From NCBI GenBank assembly GCA_028289425.1, contig JANQPL010000014.1, positions 122,170 through 186,169 of the forward strand: a stretch of DNA of 64,000 nucleotides, written 5' to 3'. This document shows positions 36,593 through 46,106 of the stretch, piece after piece. Within the stretch, counting starts at the first letter, position 1. Every line of letters starts with the position of its first letter. Made by a program: the position numbers and the translations under genes. Origin of the DNA: Alphaproteobacteria bacterium. GTDB taxonomy: Bacteria; Pseudomonadota; Alphaproteobacteria; JANQMY01. The notes under the pieces are model-generated. The model was not told where the DNA came from. It saw only the letters and a list, made by a program, of their open reading frames with translations, and ran no database searches.

Positions 36593-38143
36593 ATGACAGA
36601 GACAACCACCGGAACCAACCGTTCCGCCGGCATCACCTATCTGGAACTGCTCGACCAAGACAGCCATCCGGTCCGGCCGATTTTGCGGGTCGACAGCCCC
36701 ATGGAACCGGGGCCCACCAAGGTGCCCGTTGAGCGCTATTTCTCGAAAGAGTTCCACGATCTGGAAGTGGAGAAGGTGTGGAAGCGGGTGTGGCAGATGG
36801 CCTGCCATGAAGACGATATTCCCGACGTGGGGGACTATCACGTCTACGACATCGCCAATCTGTCCTTCCTCATTGTACGGACGGCTGAGGACGAGTTTAA
36901 GGCCTATTGGAATGCCTGCCTGCACCGTGGGCGGCAATTGAAGGAAAAAAGCGGCAAGAAGGCGTTTGCGTTCCGCTGCCCGTTCCATGGCTGGGCGTGG
37001 AATTTGGACGGGTCGATCATGCAGATCCCCTGTCAATGGGATTTCCCCACCGTCGATCCGAAAGAGTACAGCCTGCCGGAAGTGCAGCTTGACCGGTGGG
37101 GCGGCTTCATCTTCATCAACCCGGATGAAAACAACACCCAGTCGCTCGCCGATTATCTGGGCGATCTGTCGGACCAATTCACGCTGCTGCCCTATGAGAA
37201 GCGGTGCAAGGTGGCCCATGTGGCGAAGGTGTTGCGGTGCAATTGGAAAGTGGCGCAAGAAGCCTTTAGCGAAGCCTATCACGTGATCGCCACCCACCCG
37301 ACGATCCTGGAAACCATCGGCGATGCCAACACCAAATATGACGTGTTCGGAAATTATTCCCGGGCCATGTCGCCCAACTTCACGCCGAGCCCGCATTTGG
37401 CCAATATGCCTCATTTCGAGCATTTGGACGATGCGAAGCTGTACACGAAACTGCGCCATCCGCTCTCCGGCCACGTATATGAGCGCGGCGAAGACGGGCT
37501 AGTGCATGTGACCAACGGCAAAGGCACGGTCAGCAAGTTTACAGCCGGCGGCGATTGGGTCGAAGGCGAGTTGATCAACGCCGACCCGCATATGTGCGAT
37601 TGGATCGGCGGCATGCAACTGCCCGACGCGGATGAGGTGCCCTCCCCCGACCCCTATGACGTGCCCGAAGGCACCAATGTGCGGGCCGCCATGGCGGAAG
37701 GGCCGCGCAAGGCGCTACGGGACGTGTTGGGCGACAGGGTGGAAGAGATCAGCGATGCGGAATTGCTCGATTCGATCTATTACACCGTGTTCCCGAACTT
37801 TCACCCCTGGGGTTCGTTCAATCAAATCGTTTACCGATTCCGTCCGTATGGGGATGATCCGGATATGTGCATTCACGAATGCATGTATTTCGCACCCGCC
37901 CCCAAGGGCGACAAACGGCCGCCGGCGGCGCCCATCCACTGGCTGGGTGTAGACGATGATTGGTGCGAAGCACCGGAGCTCGGCATGTTGGCCAAAGTGT
38001 TCAATCAGGATGTGGTGAATATGCCCTATGTTCAGAAGGGCCTCAAAACCATGAAACAGCCCTATGTGATCTTCGCGGATTACGGCGAAACGAAGCCGCG
38101 TCATTTCCACAAATTGCTGAACGAGTGGATCGACAAACCTTAG
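36593..38143 (+). CDS. Rieske [2Fe-2S] non-heme iron oxygenase, alpha subunit (aromatic-ring-hydroxylating type).
   Basis: Rieske motif CLHRG...CPFHGW and a mononuclear iron site E..AYHVIATH. A GGAGGAGAG RBS precedes the ATG at 36593. The ORF track begins at 36248. Confidence 0.8.
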   Translation: MTETTTGTNRSAGITYLELLDQDSHPVRPILRVDSPMEPGPTKVPVERYFSKEFHDLEVEKVWKRVWQMACHEDDIPDVGDYHVYDIANLSFLIVRTAEDEFKAYWNACLHRGRQLKEKSGKKAFAFRCPFHGWAWNLDGSIMQIPCQWDFPTVDPKEYSLPEVQLDRWGGFIFINPDENNTQSLADYLGDLSDQFTLLPYEKRCKVAHVAKVLRCNWKVAQEAFSEAYHVIATHPTILETIGDANTKYDVFGNYSRAMSPNFTPSPHLANMPHFEHLDDAKLYTKLRHPLSGHVYERGEDGLVHVTNGKGTVSKFTAGGDWVEGELINADPHMCDWIGGMQLPDADEVPSPDPYDVPEGTNVRAAMAEGPRKALRDVLGDRVEEISDAELLDSIYYTVFPNFHPWGSFNQIVYRFRPYGDDPDMCIHECMYFAPAPKGDKRPPAAPIHWLGVDDDWCEAPELGMLAKVFNQDVVNMPYVQKGLKTMKQPYVIFADYGETKPRHFHKLLNEWIDKP

Positions 38144-38207
38144 AGAAGAAAGAATGCCGGCACTTTATGCCGGGGGCGGACAATTAAAGGAGGTGCCGTC
38201 AGCGGCG

Positions 38208-38684
38208 TTACGTTCGGCGCTGCCGGCGCGCCTCCAGCATGCGTTTCAGCCCGTCCACAAAGCCGTCATCGAAATTGGCGAGCAGTACATATCCGATCAG
38301 CATGGCGTGAAAAATGACCGATGCCGGGCTGATCGACACCAGGTTGAAGACCAAGGAAAGCGACAGCACGGACAAAACGGTCATCCCGCCATAGCCCCAC
38401 GCAAAGAGCGAAGGTGTCGGCGTCCCGAAGCGGATCCAGGTCATGGCCGCCATGGGCACCACAAAGGCAAGCTTCAACGCCGCCATGGCTTTCATGAGAA
38501 ACGCCAATTCCGGATCGGCCACATAATTTGCTTGCGCCGGCAACAGGAACGGTACTGCACCGGCGGCCGCCATCGCGGCAATCATGCCAAGACGCAGGCG
38601 CCTGGATTGAGACGCGGCCGTGGCCGCTTTTTGGTCGCGACCGGTTTGGTCAAGGCTTTCGTAGACAAGGGCCATGACCGTCAC
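38208..38684 (-). CDS. Hypothetical integral membrane protein.
   Basis: 158 aa with four predicted hydrophobic helices. Confidence 0.4.
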   Translation of the reverse strand: MTVMALVYESLDQTGRDQKAATAASQSRRLRLGMIAAMAAAGAVPFLLPAQANYVADPELAFLMKAMAALKLAFVVPMAAMTWIRFGTPTPSLFAWGYGGMTVLSVLSLSLVFNLVSISPASVIFHAMLIGYVLLANFDDGFVDGLKRMLEARRQRRT

Positions 38685-38926
38685 GTTAGACCGGAAGTTG
38701 GGCGCCGTCGACCATTTGTTGGCCTTGTAATTGCCGGTTCAACCCTAGCTCAATGGCTTGGTTTTCCCATTCAACCCAGCAATCCGGACACATTCTTACA
38801 AAGTTGTTGCAAAAAGACGGTGAATGTTTTTTATCACGGCAACCAGTCCAGACAGAAAGATCGTGCGTATAAGGTCTTTTGGCGCAGCGCCCCCCGGCGA
38901 TGCCCAAGGCGACGGGAGAGGTAACC

Positions 38927-40042
38927 ATGGCAGACCATAAAACAGATGTGATCATCATCGGCGCGGGCCCCGTGGGGTTGTTCGCTGTGGCCCAGTTGGG
39001 CATGCAGGCCCGCCTCAGTTGCCATTTGATCGACAGTTTGGACCGCCCGGGCGGACAGCCGGCGGAGCTTTATCCGGACAAACCGATCTACGACATCCCC
39101 GCCATCCCCGTCATCACCGGGCAGGGCCTCACCAACGCGCTGATGGCGCAGGCTCAGCCCTTTTCGCCCGTCCTGCATCTTGGTCAGTGTGCTGATAAAC
39201 TCGAGAAGCTCGACGACGGCAATTGGCGGGTGAGCACCGATTATGGCGAAAACATAGAGGCGCCGACGATTTTGATTTCATCCGGCCGCGGATTGTTCGA
39301 TCCCCGAAAGCCGAAGATCGACGGTCTGGCGGAGTATGAGAACAAATCGATATTCTATGCCCTGCGCGCCGGCGTCCGCGAAAAACTGCAAGGCCAACAT
39401 TTGGTCATCGCCGGCGGTGGCGACTCCGCGCTGGATTGGTGCATGGCGCTCGAGAAAGAAGCCGCCTCGCTCACCCTCATTCATCGGCGCAGCGGCTTCA
39501 GAGCCGCCGACGACAGCGTGCAAAAAGTCAAGCAGCTCGTCGCGGGAGGTAAGGTCAACTTCATCGTCGCGGAACCGGCCGGTGTCGTCGGCGAGAACGG
39601 CGTTCTTACGGGCGTGCAGATCAAAACGAAAGAAGGCGATGAGTTCACCCTGCGCGCGGACAGGTTCTTGCCGTTCTTCGGCATGACCCCGAAACTTGGC
39701 GCCCTGGAAAACTGGGGCCTTGAAATGGAGCGCGGGAAGATCGTCGTGACCGACACGCGCTATGCGTCCACATCAATCCCCGGCATTTTTGCGATCGGCG
39801 ATGCATCTTCTTACGACGGCAAGCAGGAATTGATCCTGACCGGCTTCCAAGAAGCAGCCCACGCGACCGCAGGCATCTATCAGCACATCTACGAAAAACC
39901 GCTACGGGTCCAGTTCACCACATCGTCTTCGGAAATCTTAGGCGCGTTGGGTGTGGAAAAGCACGTGGACTCCATGGGCGAGATCACCACACAGACGCCG
40001 ATGGAGTCATTGGTCGAGCGCGGCGTTGTGGTCAACGCGTGA
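38927..40042 (+). CDS. FAD/NAD(P)-dependent ferredoxin-NADP+ reductase (thioredoxin-reductase-like); probable electron donor for the Rieske oxygenase.
   Basis: FAD motif DVIIIGAGPVGLFAV and NAD(P) motif LVIAGGGDSALDW. The start is placed at the ATG at 38927. The ORF track begins at 38879. Confidence 0.7.
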   Translation: MADHKTDVIIIGAGPVGLFAVAQLGMQARLSCHLIDSLDRPGGQPAELYPDKPIYDIPAIPVITGQGLTNALMAQAQPFSPVLHLGQCADKLEKLDDGNWRVSTDYGENIEAPTILISSGRGLFDPRKPKIDGLAEYENKSIFYALRAGVREKLQGQHLVIAGGGDSALDWCMALEKEAASLTLIHRRSGFRAADDSVQKVKQLVAGGKVNFIVAEPAGVVGENGVLTGVQIKTKEGDEFTLRADRFLPFFGMTPKLGALENWGLEMERGKIVVTDTRYASTSIPGIFAIGDASSYDGKQELILTGFQEAAHATAGIYQHIYEKPLRVQFTTSSSEILGALGVEKHVDSMGEITTQTPMESLVERGVVVNA

Positions 40043-40137
40043 TCAATCAACGCCAATTCAGCCGCCAACAGGAAAGGTAAGTCCCCGAATTGATCGACGC
40101 TGACGCTTCGGGTCAGCGAGGGAAAAAAACTCAAAGA

Positions 40138-41631
40138 CTAATTCGGGGAAACTGGCAACGCCAAAATGCGTTCGCCCGGATAGACGTTGTCGATCATCTC
40201 ACCATTGGTGGCAACGATGGTACCGCCAACAATGACGTACGCCATGCCCGTCGGCGCCACATACGGTTTGCCATAGGTGGCATTGGCCTGCACCGTGTCC
40301 GGATCGAAGATGACGATATCCGCATCGGCCCCTTCCTGAAGCCGCCCTTTGCGTTTGAACGCAGGCGCGACACCTTCCAACCACTGGGCCTGGTAGAGGC
40401 TGGACTTGGCCAACGCTTCTCGCAAATCCATGACGCCCCGTTCGCGGGCATAGTGCCCCAACAAGCGGGTAAATGTGCCCGACAAATTGGGATTGGCCAT
40501 GACGTTCAAGCTCAATGCGGGTGTCACGTCAGACGACGCCATCATGCGCGGCCAATTGAGCGCCGTTTCCATCCACTCCTCTTTCACATAATGGTGGTTC
40601 ACCATGCCGGAGGGTTCTTCCAATCGGTATTTTATCCAGGTCTCTTCTGTCAGCCATTCACCAGTGGCCGTCCACTGAACATCTTCGTAGGTGATGTTGA
40701 AGATCTTCTGCCAATCCCGGTTGAACACGGCTGCCGAAATGCTGGTGCCCCCCGCCGCATAGGTGAGTGTTTCGGTCGTGATGTTGGCGCCGCGGGCATT
40801 GGCCGCATCGATTTTCGCCAACCACTCGCCCACCGCCTGCATGGCATTGTGGGTGATGTGATTGATCAGCACAGGTGCGCCAGTCTGTTCCGCCAGCGCA
40901 ATCACTTCGTCAAGACCTTGCGGTTCGCCGGGAAAGCCTCGGCGCACGTGAATGGCGATGGGTGCTTGGCGTTCCCCAGCCACCTCAAAGATCATGCGCA
41001 GTTCTTCCGGCGATACCGCGATGCTCATGTAATCCAGCAACACGCCAATGCCCAACCCGCCTTGGTCGAGCCCCTCATGAAGCAGGCCGCGCATTTCGTC
41101 GACCTGGTCGGGCGTTGCCCGCTGGATAAAGGCAGCGCCCGGCACAAGCGGTCCGGATTGGTTGAACAAATAGGGCTGGTCCCGGCCTTCGATCACTTTG
41201 GTGCGCACCGCCAGATGACTTACCGAGCTGCCGAAATTCAAAGGCGCGCCGCCTCCGAACTCGTGCCCATACGCCATGACGGGAAAGGCACCCGCTTCCA
41301 GATCAAGCTGCGTGGTCACACCGTCCAGAACTTGAAACTTTGCCCCCAGCCTCGACGGCGAGTGAGAATGCACATCGATAAAGCCGGGCGCCACCACATG
41401 GCCTGATGCATCAATAGTTTGGTCACCCGCCAATTCATGCTCGGAAACCGCCACGACCGTCCCGCCACGCAATCCCACGTGACGCACTGCATCCAATCCG
41501 GTCTCCGGATCGATGACCCGCCCGTTCGCGATGATCAGATCATACTCTTCCACGGCCGGCCCGCAGGCAGCAATTGCAACCGCCAAAAACAAAAAAGCTG
41601 CCCGGAACGCTGTCATTGCGGCGCCAGTCAT
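40138..41631 (-). CDS. N-acyl-D-amino-acid deacylase (D-aminoacylase) family amidohydrolase, secreted.
   Basis: A signal peptide, DLIIANGRVID, and GFIDVHSHS metal-binding motifs. 497 aa. Confidence 0.75.
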   Translation of the reverse strand: MTGAAMTAFRAAFLFLAVAIAACGPAVEEYDLIIANGRVIDPETGLDAVRHVGLRGGTVVAVSEHELAGDQTIDASGHVVAPGFIDVHSHSPSRLGAKFQVLDGVTTQLDLEAGAFPVMAYGHEFGGGAPLNFGSSVSHLAVRTKVIEGRDQPYLFNQSGPLVPGAAFIQRATPDQVDEMRGLLHEGLDQGGLGIGVLLDYMSIAVSPEELRMIFEVAGERQAPIAIHVRRGFPGEPQGLDEVIALAEQTGAPVLINHITHNAMQAVGEWLAKIDAANARGANITTETLTYAAGGTSISAAVFNRDWQKIFNITYEDVQWTATGEWLTEETWIKYRLEEPSGMVNHHYVKEEWMETALNWPRMMASSDVTPALSLNVMANPNLSGTFTRLLGHYARERGVMDLREALAKSSLYQAQWLEGVAPAFKRKGRLQEGADADIVIFDPDTVQANATYGKPYVAPTGMAYVIVGGTIVATNGEMIDNVYPGERILALPVSPN

Positions 41632-42353
41632 ACCGATTCCTTTCTTGCGAGGTATACGGTTTGAGTGAACGGTCTGTTGTCTTGAAGCGGATTTGTGAAA
41701 GTGACGGGTTCCGCGCGCGCCCAGCCGAAGACGGCCGCCAATCGGTCCGTAAAGTCATTGTCAGGCGGCACGTTCGACCACAACCCCATGACGCCCTTGG
41801 GATGGAGATGCGCTGCAAGGCCCGCCATTCCGTACTCGGAGTAAAACCCGTCACTGCGTTCATCGAGCAGCATATCCGGCGCATGATCAATGTCGATCAG
41901 GATAGCGTGAAACAAGCGACCCGGCACGCTAGCATCGAAACCGTCGGCAGAAGCGGCAAGGGCGAAGAAATCGCCCTGCACGATCCGGCACCGGCCATCA
42001 TCTTTCAACGGCGGCGCAAGCGGCACCAATCCTTGGTCATGCCAATCGATCACCGCCTCCAGGTATTCAATAACCAACAGCGACCCAACCGAATCGTTTC
42101 GCAGCACCTCCTGAGCGGTGTAACCAAGCCCCAATCCGCCGACCACCACGTCCAACCCGTTGCCATCCGCTTCCGCCAACCCAAGTCGGGCAAGCGCAAT
42201 TTCCGACTCTGTGAATAGGCTGGACATAAGATGTTCATCGCCGAGCATGATCTCAAACACATCCGTGTCCAGCGACAAGACACGGCGCCGTCGCAGGCTG
42301 ATCGGCCCGATAGGGGTCGGCCGGTAGTCGAGTTCTTCGAAAAGGTTGCTCAT
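41628..42353 (-). CDS. Spermidine-synthase-like (PABS fold) methyltransferase-fold protein.
   Basis: Gly-rich VVGGLGLGYTAQE motif. 241 aa. Its stop overlaps the aminoacylase start by 4 bp. Confidence 0.45.
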   Translation of the reverse strand: MSNLFEELDYRPTPIGPISLRRRRVLSLDTDVFEIMLGDEHLMSSLFTESEIALARLGLAEADGNGLDVVVGGLGLGYTAQEVLRNDSVGSLLVIEYLEAVIDWHDQGLVPLAPPLKDDGRCRIVQGDFFALAASADGFDASVPGRLFHAILIDIDHAPDMLLDERSDGFYSEYGMAGLAAHLHPKGVMGLWSNVPPDNDFTDRLAAVFGWARAEPVTFTNPLQDNRPFTQTVYLARKESV

Positions 42354-42377
42354 GGCGCTTCCCCCTTGCCGCAGCCG

Positions 42378-42923
42378 CTAAGGCACCAAATCGCAGCGGC
42401 CGGAGGCCAACGCAGAAACCACCTTGGCCAGAGATTGGGCGAGTGCATCGCCATCCGTCGAAATCCGGTGATCGGTGTAGTCATTCGACTCGGTGAAGGC
42501 TTTGTGCATATGCCGAACGCCTTCTATGGGAAACTTATCAGCATCCGGACGTTCCGATGCCCGTTTGACAGTCTCGCCAAGACTCGCATGAAGAATCACG
42601 TAGCGACAGGGAACCGTCCCCGACAGAGATTCCAAAAATGTCTTTGCGAACCACGGACCAATGACCCCGTCGACGATGGCGGTGTAGCCCCCGATGGCAA
42701 ACCCCTCGGCAGCCATCGCCGCGGCGCGAATTACTGTTTCGTTTTGGTGGTGACTTTCGGGACGTGTCGGGTCAACATAATGGCAGATGGACGCATGAAA
42801 GGAATCCACGTCAAGCAGCACACCGTGGGAGTCTTCCTCCGCCAAGCGGCGTGCAATCGCCGTCTTTCCGGTGCCAGGGCACCCGGTGACAACGTCAATT
42901 CTTCCCTTTTTCAGTGTGCTCAT
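42378..42923 (-). CDS. P-loop NTPase / small-molecule kinase-like protein.
   Basis: Walker A motif GCPGTGKTAIA. 181 aa. Confidence 0.5.
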   Translation of the reverse strand: MSTLKKGRIDVVTGCPGTGKTAIARRLAEEDSHGVLLDVDSFHASICHYVDPTRPESHHQNETVIRAAAMAAEGFAIGGYTAIVDGVIGPWFAKTFLESLSGTVPCRYVILHASLGETVKRASERPDADKFPIEGVRHMHKAFTESNDYTDHRISTDGDALAQSLAKVVSALASGRCDLVP

Positions 42924-42941
42924 CGGCTGAGCTTAGAGCGG

Positions 42942-44945
42942 TTAGGCCTCCGCCCGCAAATCGAGCCAGCCAATCTCCTGTTCAGTCAAGGGAACGGTCA
43001 AAGCCTCAAAAGACGATTTGGTCTCAGCGATGGTGCGCGGACCGATCAGCGCAAACGGTTCGAAGGGCTGGGCCAACACGTAAGCCAACGCAATATGAAC
43101 GGGTGCGACGCCTTTTTGTCCCGCCAACTCATAGCACCGCTTGCGGCGTTCAAAATTTGCGTCCGAATACCAGGCATTGACCAATTCCATGTCGTCCTTC
43201 TTGTCGGGGCCGGCACGATCAGTAAAAAATCCGCGCGCTTGGGACGACCAGCACATCAGCGCAATTTCATTTTTGGTCAACCAATCGCGATAGGCGTCTT
43301 CCGATGCCGCGATGCATCCCGGCCAGACAGGATTTTCCATGCGGGCCAGACTGAAATTGTTGGAAACGGCTTCAAATCCCAACAACCCCTTCGAGTCGGC
43401 ATAGGCGTTTGCCTCGTCGATACGCTCTGCCGTCCAATTGGATCCGCCATAGGCCTTGATGCGCCCCGCGGCCACGTGCTCATTGATCGCATCGACGAAT
43501 TCGCCCACCGGTACATCCAGATTGTCCCGATGAAGGAAGTAGACGTCCACATAATCCGTTTGCAGACGGTCGAGCGACTCAATAAGTTCAGGTGTAACGG
43601 TTTGCGGAAAGCAATTGGGGCTGTGCGCGCCCTTCCCAATCACCACCAACTCATCCCGAATACCTCGATTGGTCATCCACTGACCCAAAAGCTTCTCCAT
43701 AATGCCCTCGCCGTAGAGGTGGGCCGTGTCGAAGCAGTTGCCGCCGCGCTCAACGAAATCGTCAAACATGACGGCCGCATGGGGCATGGTCACTTGATTG
43801 TCGCAGCCCATCACCAGGCGAGAGATTTGCTTGTTCACCTTGCCGAAACTGCGATATGGCATCGGATCGACCGGTACCACCTTCAACGGGCCGCCATGGA
43901 CCGTACGGGTAACCGCTTTGGGGCGCTCTGCATCATAGGTCAGTCGAATCTGGCTGCGCCAAGCATCCAGCGTGGCCATATTGCCCAGCGTGTCGTTCCA
44001 GGACATTTCGTCCGTCTGCTGCCTGCCCGAAGCGATTGCATCGGCGATAACCTCCGCTTCAACAGCGTAAATGTTTCGCGTCTCATCGACCTTCATGCTT
44101 TCCGGTTTTTTGCCGTGGTGCGTCAACACCACCTCACCGAATGTCTTGCCATGCTGGGCCGGATGCCACGGCGCCGGCAGATGCAATTGTCCCTTATCGC
44201 CAAACACCGTGACCGTATTGTCGAGCCAAACCGACACGGCAGTAGAGACCTGGGCGACGATGCCGTTTTCAAACTGCATCGTGGCCGCCGTCCACTGGTC
44301 GACACCGGTTTCACCCAACTCGCCGACCGCTTTGACCCGAACGGGATCGAGGAACGGAACGCCTTGAACCGCGCCCGCTACAAGGCGGCTCATGGAAACG
44401 GGATAGCACCCCACATCCAATATACCTCCGCCCCCGAGCGCATTGCTGAAGAGCCGGCTGTTGGCATCGAAAGGCGCCTCAAATCCGAAACTTGCTCGGA
44501 TCATCCGCACGTCGCCGATAGCCCCGTCGCGAATCAAGTCAATCGCCTTTTTGGTTTGCGGATGGCAGCGATACATAAACGCTTCCATAGCGAAGACGCC
44601 GTTTTCCTCTGCCGCGTTGAAGATCGCCATGGCTTCCGCGTGGTTCATGCCGATGGGTTTTTCGCACAGCACGTGTTTGCCTGCGCGGGCGGTCTTGATG
44701 GCCCATTCCGCATGGCCGGGATGAGGGTTGGCGATGTAGACAGCTTCGACCGCCGGGTCGTTCAAAAGCGACTCGTACGAGCCGTGCGGCGTTGTGCCGT
44801 CGCCGTGGGCGGCGAATTTATCGGCACTTTCCTGCGAACGGCTGCCGACGGCCGCCAGCGTGCCCTTGTCGGTCGTCTGCAGCGCTTTTGCAAACTGCTT
44901 TGCAATGCTGCCGGTTCCCAAAATACCCCACTTGATGCTTCCCAC
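42942..44945 (-). CDS. Fusion protein: N-terminal Gfo/Idh/MocA oxidoreductase and C-terminal aldo/keto reductase.
   Basis: N-terminus KWGILGTGSIAKQFA...VYIANPHPGHAEW...CEKP is Gfo/Idh/MocA-like. The C-terminal half has an AKR-like TIM barrel (GCDNQV...FDTAHLYGEG). 667 aa in a single ORF. Confidence 0.7.
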   Translation of the reverse strand: MGSIKWGILGTGSIAKQFAKALQTTDKGTLAAVGSRSQESADKFAAHGDGTTPHGSYESLLNDPAVEAVYIANPHPGHAEWAIKTARAGKHVLCEKPIGMNHAEAMAIFNAAEENGVFAMEAFMYRCHPQTKKAIDLIRDGAIGDVRMIRASFGFEAPFDANSRLFSNALGGGGILDVGCYPVSMSRLVAGAVQGVPFLDPVRVKAVGELGETGVDQWTAATMQFENGIVAQVSTAVSVWLDNTVTVFGDKGQLHLPAPWHPAQHGKTFGEVVLTHHGKKPESMKVDETRNIYAVEAEVIADAIASGRQQTDEMSWNDTLGNMATLDAWRSQIRLTYDAERPKAVTRTVHGGPLKVVPVDPMPYRSFGKVNKQISRLVMGCDNQVTMPHAAVMFDDFVERGGNCFDTAHLYGEGIMEKLLGQWMTNRGIRDELVVIGKGAHSPNCFPQTVTPELIESLDRLQTDYVDVYFLHRDNLDVPVGEFVDAINEHVAAGRIKAYGGSNWTAERIDEANAYADSKGLLGFEAVSNNFSLARMENPVWPGCIAASEDAYRDWLTKNEIALMCWSSQARGFFTDRAGPDKKDDMELVNAWYSDANFERRKRCYELAGQKGVAPVHIALAYVLAQPFEPFALIGPRTIAETKSSFEALTVPLTEQEIGWLDLRAEA

Positions 44946-45065
44946 TTGTTCGCCTTTCTCAATGCCGCCAAACCCGCATGGTTAAGCGGATCTTTACGTA
45001 AACCCTCTTTAGTAGCTTGTCACCAAAACACAACGCCAAAAGTAAGGACCGAAGGGGTTTTTCTT

Positions 45066-46106
45066 ATGTCTCAGTTGCAGGGGTTTTTGTGGTCCATGGG
45101 GCGATGCGCCACCAAGGCGGTGGCGGACACGATCAGCGCACACACACCCGCCCATGCCACGAGCTGGGTCGACACCACTCAGATGATGAAAAGCCCGGCC
45201 TATTACATCAAGCACGCGCCGGTACCATTGGTGATGACACTGCACCATCCGCAGTATTGCGATACCTTCGGCAAGCTTACCCAGCAGTTCGCCGATGCTC
45301 CGGTGGTGCACACGGTGCGCGATCCGATTTCGAACCTCAAGAGTTTCGCGAAAACATTCCTGACATCCTTCGTCGCCCGGCGCGTTGATGAAGCGGGTCA
45401 ACTTTCGGCCCAGGGCAAGTCGGTAGCCGACGCCATCAACCCGGCGGCACTTGAAGAATGGTTGCTGCCGACGGCAGATCTTTGGCGCCAATACAATGCT
45501 TACAAGAATTCGCCTCACTTGATTGTCGATTTTGCGGATTTGGGCGAAGACCACTTCGTTGGGACCATGGAAGAGATCATCGGATTTCTGGGTCTGACAA
45601 TTGAAACCCCTATCACGTGGACCACGGAAGCCAACACGGAATGCGACCGCTTCTTCGTAGGCTATCAGCGCAGCTTCACCCTCATGGACAAGAAACTCGA
45701 TCTGCAGTTCAGCCGCTGGCCGAACCATTGGGGCGAGTTTGGAATGACCACATTGGGGGAATTGAGGTCGGAGGCCCTGCGTGAGGTGTGCGGCGATGAT
45801 CCCATCTACATTCACATTGCCAGCGACCAGCTTTGCACATTCGGCCGGCTGGATTACGAGTGCGCGACATTCGCGGCCTATATGGCCGAGGATGCAGTGC
45901 GCGAGGCCATCGCCCATCAGGTCGCAACCGACTACGCCAATACCGCCGAAATTGTCGCCAAGGACCTTACCGGGCTTCAGAGCCGATTGATCGCAAAATT
46001 CGAGAAAACGAGCCGCAATGGCGTGAAACGTTTCCTCAAACTCAAGCCAGAGCTTGAAGCGCGTTGGGCAGGCTGGCAAGAGCTGATGGAACGGAAAGCG
46101 GCGTAA
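45066..46106 (+). CDS. Hypothetical protein; weak sulfotransferase-like features.
   Basis: 346 aa. An RDP-containing segment (VVHTVRDPISNLKS) resembles the 3'-phosphate-binding motif of PAPS sulfotransferases. An APS kinase gene lies 4 kb away. It is the only real part of a 1291-aa ORF in the track. Confidence 0.35.
   Translation: MSQLQGFLWSMGRCATKAVADTISAHTPAHATSWVDTTQMMKSPAYYIKHAPVPLVMTLHHPQYCDTFGKLTQQFADAPVVHTVRDPISNLKSFAKTFLTSFVARRVDEAGQLSAQGKSVADAINPAALEEWLLPTADLWRQYNAYKNSPHLIVDFADLGEDHFVGTMEEIIGFLGLTIETPITWTTEANTECDRFFVGYQRSFTLMDKKLDLQFSRWPNHWGEFGMTTLGELRSEALREVCGDDPIYIHIASDQLCTFGRLDYECATFAAYMAEDAVREAIAHQVATDYANTAEIVAKDLTGLQSRLIAKFEKTSRNGVKRFLKLKPELEARWAGWQELMERKAA

Noticed and set aside
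36536-37474. 312-aa minus-strand ORF.
   Set aside because: It is antisense to the Rieske oxygenase alpha-subunit gene, which has unambiguous Rieske and iron motifs.
38154-38924. 256-aa Arg/His-rich plus-strand ORF.
   Set aside because: Low-complexity basic composition, antisense to a membrane-protein gene, and no motif.
42231-46106. Giant 1291-aa plus-strand ORF in the six-frame track.
   Set aside because: Over 85% of it runs antisense to four well-supported minus-strand genes. This is a typical high-GC spurious open frame. Only the C-terminal 346 aa from the ATG at 45066 were kept as a real CDS.
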